Assembly (NCBI GenBank): GCA_016748015.1
Contig: JAAOMT010000657.1
Span: 525,464-589,463, forward strand
Direction: 5' to 3'
Length of the DNA stretch: 64,000 bases
From: Geosiphon pyriformis uo1
Taxonomy: Eukaryota > Fungi > Glomeromycota
The notes below the pieces were generated by a model, which saw nothing but the letters and a program-made list of their open reading frames with translations, made no database searches and was not told where the DNA came from. Below are positions 24,795-35,449 of the stretch, in pieces; the stretch's first letter is position 1, and each line of letters starts with the position of its first letter. Both the position numbers and the translations under genes were made by a program.

Positions 24795-24800
24795 TTCTTT

Positions 24801-24801
<1 letters not shown>

Positions 24802-24845
<44 letters not shown>

Positions 24846-24877
24846 CAGTAGTAGTAGTAGTAGTAGTAGTAGTAGTT
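24802..24877. repeat. (AGT/ACT)n microsatellite immediately upstream of the GATA start codon
   Basis: About 25 units ending 7 nt before the ATG. Confidence 0.95.
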
Positions 24878-25110
24878 AGTTCGAAATAAAAAGGTGTTGA
24901 GAGGATAATTTTCGAGGTTCTTAATAAACTGTGAGTGAACAGTTTGAACAGGTCTCGTTTCTTGTAGAGTTTTGGAAAGACAAACACGTTAAGGAATATT
25001 GTTCGCTTGAATTTCTGATTCGTAATAATGATATGGTAATAGAGTCGTTAAGGTAAATGGTTCACTTTGATGAGTTGAATGGAGATTTTTGAGGTACTCC
25101 AGCAGTGAAC

Positions 25111-25118
25111 TATTTATA
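25111..25118 (-). promoter_or_regulatory. Candidate TATA box (TATAAATA) of the GATA gene
   Basis: Consensus match ~320 nt upstream of the ATG; position-based inference only. Confidence 0.45.
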
Positions 25119-27204
25119 TGGGAGAGAGTGGGGAAATAAGAGAATATTTTGAATATTTTGCTTCTGTATTCTTAAAAAATCATTGAGAAAACAAGCAAAT
25201 ATTCCCCTTTTTGAGAAATGATCAAAGAAATATTGAATAAATAGCGGAAAAACAGAGAATAAAAATGAATAATGTGATCCCTTAGTCAATCGACACCTCT
25301 AAAGACACCCTTTTCATACAAAATAATTCATTGTACAATAAAAATATTTATTAATCAAAGAATAAATTGGATTAAAAAATCAAAGAATAAGAAAATTATG
25401 AACAATTTTTTTATATTGTGAACTTTTTTACAAATAAAATAAATTTCTTTTTTAATAAACAAGAAAGTAGTGTTATAAAACGAGAAGTAGGGTTAGAAAT
25501 TGTCCAAATGAGACAGTGTAGAGAAGTTGACATGTTACGACCATTTGCCGGAAAGAGGAAAAACGATTAAAACTCGTTAACAAAAAACCCAAGTGAACTT
25601 TTAAGGTTCAAATTCTAATGGACTGAACAAGTTTTTGAATATGAGAAAATGAAGTTGGGCCTTTCACTTACACTTCGCTGCTGTGCTTGTTAACAAACGT
25701 TAAAGCCAATTAATTTCTCGCAAGAACGGCTAAGAGACAAGAAAGAAAGAAAGGTGGGTCACTTTTAAATACATGAGATTAAGGGGTGGTCAAAGGAAAT
25801 TTGGGGTATCTAAACAGAGGTTTACCAGTTTTTGTGTAATTTAGGGTATAAACACTGCATGAACGCCCAAAGGAGTAGTGTTTAATTGAACCAATGAAAG
25901 GTATAGTGAAAAGATTTTATTTTTGAAACCAATTAGAATGATTAATATACCTTGTGGAATGAAATGATGCGTAAAAAGAAATTCTTAGTGCCACTGTGTT
26001 ACTGTCACAAGAGGGTGACGATTTATAAAATTATATTTATTTAATTCTACTAATAACATAAGTAAATAATAAATAATAATAATAATAATAATAATACCAA
26101 ATGATTTCAGGAATTTTATGAACTGGTGATTTTTAAACTTTTTTTTGATATTTTATTTGAGAATTTTTTTTTCTCCGGAACTTTTGAGTTTTCGCTCCGA
26201 AACATGATGCAAGAAGAAAAAAGTTTTGACCATTTATAGTCCTTTAGGGGGATTATTTGATGAGAGTGAAACTTTTTAAAGAAGAAAAAAGAAAAAAAAG
26301 GGTAAAAAAGATGAAAAAAAAAATTTAGTGTACAAGAGTTTTTTCTTTTCAATAATTTTTTGCGTATATTTAGAATATTGGGGGAGGGGGACAAAGAAAA
26401 ATTCAGGTTTTTTTCATTTGTTGGACTCTCATTTTCTCATATTCAAAGATGTCGTGTTGTCGCGGAGAACGGTTGTGTGTGGGTCAAACGTAGTAATAGT
26501 CGCTTTGCTGTTTATGGCACATGATAAAATAAAAATTTGGAGAAAATTTAACGAAACACAAAAATTTTAACGGCAATATAATTTCACGACATCGCTCATA
26601 CACACATTCACACCGTTCTACGCAGAGGAATAGAATGGGATGAGAGCATTTTCGTATTGTTTATACGTCGATTACTAACTTTAATGGTGATTGTCAGTCT
26701 TCAGCCAGAACAACAAATAGGTACCTGAATGCGACACAGAATGTCGATGTTGTCCCGCCTCTTCAAAATTTTTATGCAATGCGATTTTTTTCGATATACT
26801 AATTTTAGTTAAGTTATCCAGTGCTGTCAAGATTAACGCTAAGACAATTCGAGAGATTTATGGGTATCTAATTCGTTAAAAAAAATTTTCTCATTAAGGT
26901 TGTCCTACACTGCGAGATAAGATAACGGAGCGATTCTTTCACAACTCTAAAAAATTCAGGTCACACTATTAAACCCAGCTCAAATAATATCAAAAGGGAC
27001 TTTCGAATTTCCTTGTCGGATAACTTTTTACTATTGTTTTGAACGATTATGAAATTCATTTTTTGTTATGATTTAAAAATCTTCAAACATTATCAAAACA
27101 AAATTATTCTCAAAAGTTAATCGATAGTAAGTGATGATTTTTTTTTTAATTTATAAAGTTAATAAAATGAAAATCGAAAATAAATCTTAAGTTTATTTAA
27201 CATC

Positions 27205-27236
<32 letters not shown>
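27205..27236. repeat. (ATG)n microsatellite
   Basis: Visible. Confidence 0.9.
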
Positions 27237-27237
<1 letters not shown>

Positions 27238-28554
27238 CACAAAAAAAAAAAAGATCTTTCAATTATTATTTTATCTTTCATTGATCTTTAGAGCAGACTT
27301 TGAAAAATTAAAAAATAACAAAAGGAAAATCCAAGGTGTTTGAAAGGATAAAATTATATTGTAAAGGTAAGCAAAGAAAGCGGCTTCCTGGTCGGGTCGG
27401 TTAGTTGCGGGGGATTTTCAAATTATATCCCTGTTCTCTTTAAGTATCAGAAAAAAAAACTGGTTTATCAGGTGTCACAATTAATATTAAAAGGAAGGTA
27501 GCGGAAGAAACCCTTTTCAAAAAAGGTGCAAGCGGCTGGACCTTCTAAAAAAATATTAGGGTAATAAATGGAAACGCAAGGGGAAAGAGAACACCAAACA
27601 CAAAGAATTGCATAAAATTGTCAAGTTGGAATTCTTTGACTTTATCCGAGGCTAGACAGAAAATCCCATTTTGTAAAAAAATTTACCATTTTCCTTATTC
27701 TTTTATTTTAAATAAAATCTAGCTTGAATTTGATGTGTACAAGCCGAGCCTTCTTTACGGAGCCTCACGATAGTCGGGCTTCATCTTTAATATTTTGGTT
27801 AGAAAATGTTTAAAGGCTTACATAAATTTAGAAAACCCCTTATTGATTTCTTTTTACCTATTTAAAACTTTTATATCTAATATTCACTTGAGCTTTTAAT
27901 TAAATCCCCCAAGCTTCCCCAGTTTTATTTCGATCCCAAAAGTTAAAAATTAAATTTATAAAATTATCCGAAGTTGAAATAAAATAAATTTCCCGGTAAT
28001 TCAACATTACCTCATCACAATGTTTAGAATCATGTGATTGCAATATATTTAGGGAAGTTTATCAGTTTCATCTATGCTCCGGAATTTCTAGGTAAGATTT
28101 TAAACGTCACCCCTATTGTGATCTTAATCATAACATAATGACACAAATTCTTTGTTTATAACAATTTGTGTTTTTTAAATGAAAATTTATCAATTAATTT
28201 AAATTGATTTGTTAGTAAAAATATTTCTTTACATATGTAAACCATATTATTAAATCTTAAGAAATAATTTAATTTTTAAATATTATAAAATTAATTAATT
28301 ATATTATAAAAACATATAAATTTATATTTTAAAAAACATATATAAACATATTTAAAATTGTATAAATTTTTATTTTAAATATAATAATAAATAATTTTAT
28401 TTTAATTTTATAATAATTCTTAACTTGAAAATTAATTTTTTAATATTTTTGGAAATTTAAAAAACATTAAATAATAAAACAAGTTACCAATACTTATATA
28501 CATATTATAAATATTAATTTACATATTTTACTTAACAATGTAAATAAAAATTAT

Positions 28555-28686
<132 letters not shown>

Positions 28687-28857
28687 TTAAGTTATATTAA
28701 AACTAACCTTTTTGATAAAACACTTAAATTATCAACTTTCAAATAAGTGTTCATTGAAAATCTCTACCTTCGAATAATTTAAACAAAAAAACGTAGTATT
28801 CCCTTTGACTTGGTGGCTAGGTTCACGACCAAGAACCCTGTTGTTCCTTCTAATAGT

Positions 28858-31101
28858 ATGCACCCACGAAATAGATATAAGAATAAACCACCAGACTTTT
28901 CCGTTCTTGCTTATAAATACATATCTTTTCACCCTTAGTAAGTGAAGGAAATTCTTTTTATTGGAGTATACTTCTTCTATTCTTCCTCAATAACTAATTC
29001 TCTTTTTTTATGGGGAAAAAAGTGTTCAATATAAGAAAAATGGCAAAGCTTATATTGATTTTAAAAATCCCAAAGCTCTCCGGTATGTAATTCTCACAAG
29101 GTCATAGTTGTTCAAAGTACAAATCAGTGAAGTATGTTTTATTCTTTTTGTTATTCTCCTGCAAATATTGCTGGATAACAGAGAACTCACGTATTGTTTA
29201 TTACGAGATGATTTTCATCTTGAGCTTGATATGCCCCCAGATACCTTATGTCCTATGGTAAGGATTAAACACTTCTGGTTTGCTAAAATATTAAAAAGCG
29301 AATTATTTTTTCACTCTTTTTCTTATTTACAGATACCTAATAGGTGAGATTTATGGTTGAGATTTTGGAAATTTTTGAGTTCGAATTCGAAAACGGTTTT
29401 AGTAATTTCGACTGGTAAATTTTTACATAGGCTGAATTATATCCATTGGATTGAAGATTTGCTTTCTTGCAGCGATACGCGACTTGATGAAGTTTATGGC
29501 ATTGATATGTAAGCAAACTTTGGGTCTTTTTTAGAATAAATGATTGTTAAATTTCTTTGAATCAAAGAGGTACCGGGGCATCATGTATCTATCCACTTTT
29601 GGGTTGCACACTTAACAAAAATTGGAAATTTATTGCTACCGGTATTATTTTCTTTTAATTCAATCTGAAAAAATCTTCTCCATTCTTTCAAAATAATAAA
29701 CATCTATCTTTACTTCTAATCGTATCAAGATATCAACAAAAGATTAGTCAAATATGCCGAAGCCAATATCATCAGAAATGATTTACGAGATCGTGTTACT
29801 ATGGTTCTGAAAACAAAGGAATCGAAACTTCTGTTAGACGAACAGTTGGAACAAATCACGTCCAGTAAAAGGTATTTAAATAGTGAATAGCCAATTTTGG
29901 AAAACACCTTAGATTTTATTTATCAAAACATTACCTTCTCCTATTAGGTTTTCTTTTTGTATGTGTAATCCACCATTTTATGAAAGTCAAGAACAATATG
30001 AAGAAGCATTGAATAGCAAGGAGGCAGAGCCTTCAGGGGTCAGTATTTAGGATTCCATTTCTCTGATAACAAATTAATTTCACTTGATTTTTTTATCAGA
30101 TTTTGACGGCAACCAGAGGAGAAATTATCACAATTGGTGGAGAATTAAATTTTATCAAAAGAATATTGCAAGAAAGCTTAATCTTGAAGGATAAAATTGG
30201 GTTAATTTATTTATTCCATATGTATTTTATTCGGAAAGAGAAATACAAAATATGCTCATTTTTAAACAATTTATTGCTCTTCACGACATCAGCTGGTATA
30301 CTTCTATGATGGGCAGAAAGGAAACTGTCAATCTAATTGTGGCGGAATTAAAGAAGAACAAAGTATCCATTATGGCATCTTCTTATTATGAACATGTATT
30401 CGTGTCTTACTTGGATTTTTTTCCTCTCAAAGATCGATAACTTTGCGGTAACTGAATTTTCTCAAGGACAAACCCGCAGGTGGGGGGTTGGTTGGTCATT
30501 TAGAGGTTATCGACTGCCTACGGTACGGTCCCCCTGTACTGATGTCACCTTATATATCATTCATCATGATTTATTCTCACCTATTTGGACGGCTTTATCT
30601 CAATGCACATTATTCATATAGAATATTTCACAACCCTCTTCCAAAAGACTTCGCAAAGTGGGTCCGCCCATAACAGAGTTTTTTATAGAGTTTTTTGTCG
30701 GTTTGCAGAGTGTCATAGAATTCTTGGAATGGCTTTTCAGTGATTTGAATATCGAAGCAAGATGGAATGAAGAGATAAAAACTTTTATGGGCATTGTGTA
30801 TTCGAATACATGGTCACGTTCTTCACGAAGGAAACACGAAAGAGAAAAAGAAAAAGCCCAACAAGCAACAGCACAACCTTTAAATCAACAAAACGTGACT
30901 TCTAAAATCGCTTCGTCATTGAATTCTTTTATCCAATCCCTGTTCGAGTTCTCTTGTCATCTCGAAGCTTTGGAGTATACTACAAAAATCACTTTTTCTT
31001 GGAAAAAGGGACTTGATAGAAGCTTGTTTGAATCTTTCTTTCTCCATGTCAAAAATAGATTAGAGCGAAAATTCCGAGACTCTGTGAACGAGGTTTTTTA
31101 G
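28858..31101 (+). CDS. METTL16: METTL16/RlmF-family U6 snRNA N6-adenosine methyltransferase, ~450 aa, 12 exons (28858-28937, 29023-29082, 29182-29257, 29333-29343, 29431-29508, 29568-29641, 29730-29871, 29948-30038, 30100-30200, 30293-30362, 30433-30522, 30622-31101)
   Basis: MHPRNRY start, LCPMIPNRLNYIHWI, GIDIGTGASCIYPLLG (SAM binding), CMCNPPFY (catalytic), GGELNF, WYTSMMG, QGQTRRWGVGWSF. All introns are GT-AG and phases close to 1353 nt. Confidence 0.95.
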
Positions 31102-31132
31102 TGCAAAGTATCTTCTTATATGATAGCTTCTA

Positions 31133-32436
31133 CTAATCAAAACCAGCCCATTGCAAGCAAATGTAAACAGCTTCGTTATGTTGGGAATCCCAAGAACACA
31201 ATATTTGGGATTTTTTGGTGTTCGTTGCCAATCTTCCAAAAGTTATAATGTCCAATGCAGAGATCGAAAAGTCGATATCAACTATACTGGCAATAAGTTG
31301 TCCATGATGCCTTAAAGGGTCACCTAAATGTTGGAAGAAATTATAATAGAAGCTTACATAAGACAATTAGTTTTGAAAACGGCCTAACTTGCCTTGATAC
31401 AAAAGATAATCCCCTCCGAACTTGATCCCATTAGTGATAAAATAACCACGGTTCCACAAGTCATTAAATATTTTAAAGTGGAGCTTTTCTTTCTCTGTAT
31501 TGGGCCAAGTCCATAGTCCAGTTTGGTTAGCTTCTTCAATCGACGTAATGCAATAATCTTTATCATCATACCACGAAAACAAAGACGAAGAGGTATTGAT
31601 GATCGTAATTGGAGAAAATTTTATGGTCGTTTCTTTGGTTGGTTTCTTTGAAACTGGGTTTTTCATGGATGATGAGGGTTGTTTGACGTTTTCATTTTTT
31701 AGGTTCTCTCGGTCATTTATGTTGACTGAGCTCAAAGTATCTAGTAATACTTGAGGCACAGAAGCAACTTCACTATTTGTGGATGATTTCATGTTAATCA
31801 TATTATTTTCTGGGCTTTTTAGATTATTCTGCTTGTCAATTGAGCTCGATGGCGTGTCATCATTTAACCGACGATCAAATTTTGCTCGTTTCTCCTGATA
31901 TAAACGTGTATAATTGAGTTCTTGATATTTTTGATGATCAAGACGAAGACAATTAAATTCTGATACTTGATCAGAAGTAGGTTGTAAGTGAGTTTTTTTG
32001 GAATCTACTAATATAATAATTCCTAAATTAAATTGTTGATATTAATTAATAAGAGGACGCGTCTTGAACCACAAAATGATCGGCTGGTTGCCTTACCTTT
32101 CGATAAGAGCAAGGTAACTTCCTCGGACATCAATGTTGATGGAAGACCGAAATACTGATTTTGCATTGGTAGTCGTGGCAATGTCCCAATCAGAGATCCA
32201 ACGATCCGATATTTAGATCGTAATTCGTGAATGACTGATAATAGAGAACATAAAATAAGTTATAGCAATTTGTCATCAGTCTAGAACAAAATTAGAAGAT
32301 TACAAAAAAGCAAACCATCAGAATCCCACACAAATGCTTTTTTATGTGAAATATGAACCTTGAATGGGGGACTAATTTGTGATTTTTGCGATACGGTAGA
32401 GTTTTGGAAATTTTTATCGACAGGTGAATCAGACAT
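31133..32436 (-). CDS. SEN34: tRNA-splicing endonuclease subunit Sen34, ~359 aa, 4 exons (32436-32316, 32234-32097, 32022-31393, 31323-31133)
   Basis: IVGSLIGTLP..P.QN..FGLP..LM.EEV N-terminal motif; [30 protein letters not shown] and GRLATNTKK catalytic region; exons sum to 1080 nt. Confidence 0.93.
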
Positions 32437-33433
32437 AATGTAAAATTTTATTGATCAGAGAAATTTTTTGTGAGGCCCAATAGACAAAAGCTCCAAGTTG
32501 GTTTTAGGAATTAAACGACCAATAAAATTCCCTATGATCGGCCTCAAACAACTAATAGTTAAAAGAGAAATCGACTAATATTCATCAGGGAAAGAACATT
32601 ATATTATTAACTATCTGTTATCACTCTTATCGATTAACCATAATAGAACAACTATCTGCCTAAATAAGGACTAATAAAATTTAACGAATCACTAAGAGTT
32701 TTAAAGATGCGTGTTTAACATAAATATGGTTTATTTTGGTGATGATAATAGAAGGTGATCACATTTTCATTGTTCAAAGTTCCTGGAAATCTAAAAATAT
32801 AAATGGTCAATGAAGGAGGGTTCATGGTTCTGCTGATCTGTCGGTCCCTCCTATCAAATTGTGATGAGCAAAAACAGGACCTTTTTTTTTGGAATTTATC
32901 AAAACCGAGCCCCAAGTCTTGTTCGCTTTAAAAAGTTTAACCCTTAAGATTTTACAAAATACCCCGCGTTTCAAAAAAAAACATGTAAACACTGTCGGAA
33001 AATTGCTGGTGGGTAACTTCAGTTTAGTCGTCACCGCCGATCGTTAGAATTTCAGTATTCTAAATTGTCAGGCTTTTTAATTTAGAGTTTGACTGTTAAT
33101 CAAATTTGATTATTATTGAATGAATAATACTCTAGCCTTATTAGTATATAATGGACAAAGTACAAAAGTTGACCTTTTTTTAAGGTCTCCAAAGTATAAA
33201 ACACACTTTTTCGATCGGATACTATTTTACAGATATTTACAAATAAAAATTCTAGATTTTTAACGAGAATTATAAAGAAGATAATTAAATAAAGAGGTTT
33301 CTAGATATGGGAGATTTCTGATAGTCCGAGCAAAGATCATCGCTTTTTCCGAATGAGGATATAAAGACCTGTAAATAGTCGATTAAATATCAAATCAAAT
33401 TAGTCTAATTTGGACTTAACCTGAATCATTATT

Positions 33434-34459
33434 TTAATAAAATAAAACGCGTGTCTTAGAATCCTCATCGTCAACAGCTTTCAATCTTTGATTTATCTTT
33501 TTCATGCCCAGCAATTGCACCAAATCTTCTGTATACTCTGGTACATGAAATATCGTTCTTTTCTTCTCATCTCTCCAACTTGTCTCAATGAGAATATGTT
33601 TTAATCGAAATAAACGCAATGAATCAGACTCTCTCAAGAGTTTTAAAGTTCTGTTAAGAGTTCCAACTGCAATATTGAAAGAATTATTTCTCAGAAATCG
33701 CTCTAGTCCTTGAAGCTTTAACTTTTTTGAAAACAATTTCAAAATGGTTTCATTTTTTATAGCAATGCTTCCCTCGGTCTTAATCACGCGAATTATATTC
33801 GTTGCACGCTCTCTTGATAGGGTCAATATTAGCAGTAGAGGCGCGCCTTGTTGTCCAAATAACGGCGGCTTTAAGAGATTCCAATGGTTTGGTATATATC
33901 TCTTGATAAACGCCGTCATGTTATCAAGGGAACGTAGCTTCAAAAATTGACTAGTATCTATGAAAATGTCTTCAGTCAATTCTCGCTCCCCCAACTCTTC
34001 TACAGAGAGCTTTTTTACTAACCGTTGTTTAAGGGACCCCAAACAATTGTGAGTGGCAATTTTATTTGCACGAGATATTTTTTTTGCCCTCTTTTTCTGC
34101 TTGAGCTTCTTGATTGTAATAAGGGCAATTCCAAGGTCTTTTCCTTCTTTCTTTTCTTCTGCGTCTTTCACATCAATTGCGGTGCTGTTTTTCGTTGCCC
34201 CTTGATTTTCTTCTCCCTCAGAGGAGAGCTCTTCGAAAAAAATATCCAAAAAATGTCCCCTTGATCCTTGATACGGCTTTTTCTGTATTGAGCTACATTT
34301 ATTCATATCTTTTTCTTCTCCCTCAGAGGAGAGCTCAATATCCAAAAAATGTCTCCTTGATCCTTGATACGGCTTTTTCTGTATTGGGCTACATTTATTC
34401 AAATCTTTTTCTTCCACATTATCACTCTCTTCTCTTCTTTTGGGTGTTTGTAAACTCAT
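33434..34459 (-). CDS. CMS1: CMS1/CMSS1-like 90S pre-ribosome factor (degenerate helicase fold), intronless and divergent
   Basis: GAPLLLILTLSRERA, ILKLFSKKLK, IAVGTLNR and WRDEKKRTIFHVPE match the CMS1 family pattern (KLFAKH, VGTPxR, DxKxRxIxDIPE) with substitutions. Confidence 0.78.
   Translation of the reverse strand: MSLQTPKRREESDNVEEKDLNKCSPIQKKPYQGSRRHFLDIELSSEGEEKDMNKCSSIQKKPYQGSRGHFLDIFFEELSSEGEENQGATKNSTAIDVKDAEEKKEGKDLGIALITIKKLKQKKRAKKISRANKIATHNCLGSLKQRLVKKLSVEELGERELTEDIFIDTSQFLKLRSLDNMTAFIKRYIPNHWNLLKPPLFGQQGAPLLLILTLSRERATNIIRVIKTEGSIAIKNETILKLFSKKLKLQGLERFLRNNSFNIAVGTLNRTLKLLRESDSLRLFRLKHILIETSWRDEKKRTIFHVPEYTEDLVQLLGMKKINQRLKAVDDEDSKTRVLFY
34214..34414 (-). repeat. In-frame tandem duplication (32 + 35 codons) in the CMS1-like N-terminus
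   Basis: EEKD.NKCS.IQKKPYQGSR.HFLDI...ELSSEG occurs twice with near-identical DNA. Confidence 0.95.
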
Positions 34460-34654
34460 GAAGTTATGGACTACTTCCAGAAATACAGTGAAACTTAACG
34501 ATCAATCACGTATAAAACTTTTTAATTTTCTATCCAATCCGAATCAAATAAGATCCCATGTGATGAACTTCATCTCCGCTATTTTTAAAGCGGGAATTAA
34601 TTTTGCGGCTTTATACATAATTCACATTTTTCGGTCAAGAAACTGTAAAATATA

Positions 34655-35345
34655 ATATCAAAAAGTTGGAAAAAAAGGAAAAATTGAGCACAAAGGCGGT
34701 AATGGTCATCGCGTGAAGATTAGAGGACTTGTATCGACCTTTCATATTGCACAATTGGGAGACATTTAAAATCACTTGGATATATGAAAAACCTACCAAT
34801 TATACGCCAAATGCTGACAAAAGTTCAAAACAGAAACGTGTTGAATGGGCCAGATTTCACCTTTATGATAACCGGAAAAAACTTTATTTCTGATGAAACA
34901 GCATTTCAACTGTTCCCAAACACAATTGAACATTGATAAAAGGGAAAATGGCCAGTTTGTCCAAGATCAAAAGATTGTACAGGAATTTTTGCATGTGGCG
35001 ATTTTGTATAATCATGGATGCTAAGTTTTACGTTTAAATTTGGCAATAGGATGTTGGGTAGTTAATTGGATACTTGGGAAGAAGTGGCCCTGTCAAAAAG
35101 ATAACAATCTCAAGCATACAATTCGAGTAACTAAAGCGTTTTTGCGGAAAATGTACCCAAAGTTATTCTGTAGTCCGGATCTAAATCATATTGAAAATCT
35201 GTAGACAATCTTTTGCGAATTGATTATCAAGAATAAAGGCAAAATAATTGTATATTAAATTTTACATCAATAAAATCTGTTGCTTTTCTAATATGATTGT
35301 GTATGATTTTTGTGAAAACGTGATCAATTTTCTGTTCTTGAAGTA
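34655..35345 (+). mobile_element. Tc1/mariner transposase relic
   Basis: Frameshifted motifs KQKRVEWAR, SDETAFQLF, QKDNNLKHT and SPDLNHIENL (Tc1 DD34E signature). Candidate right end with TA at 35344-35345. Confidence 0.85.
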
Positions 35346-35449
35346 AGACTTCAAAAAAAGTGATTTTTGATTCTTCAAGTTGCTTTTCTTGTTTTGAAGT
35401 TTCTTTCGGATCTTTTTTTGCTTTCTTAATTTTCTGACATTTTTTTTGT

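Noticed and set aside
24799-24987. Poly-Thr ORF upstream of the GATA gene
   Set aside because: Translation of the ACT microsatellite; non-ATG start.
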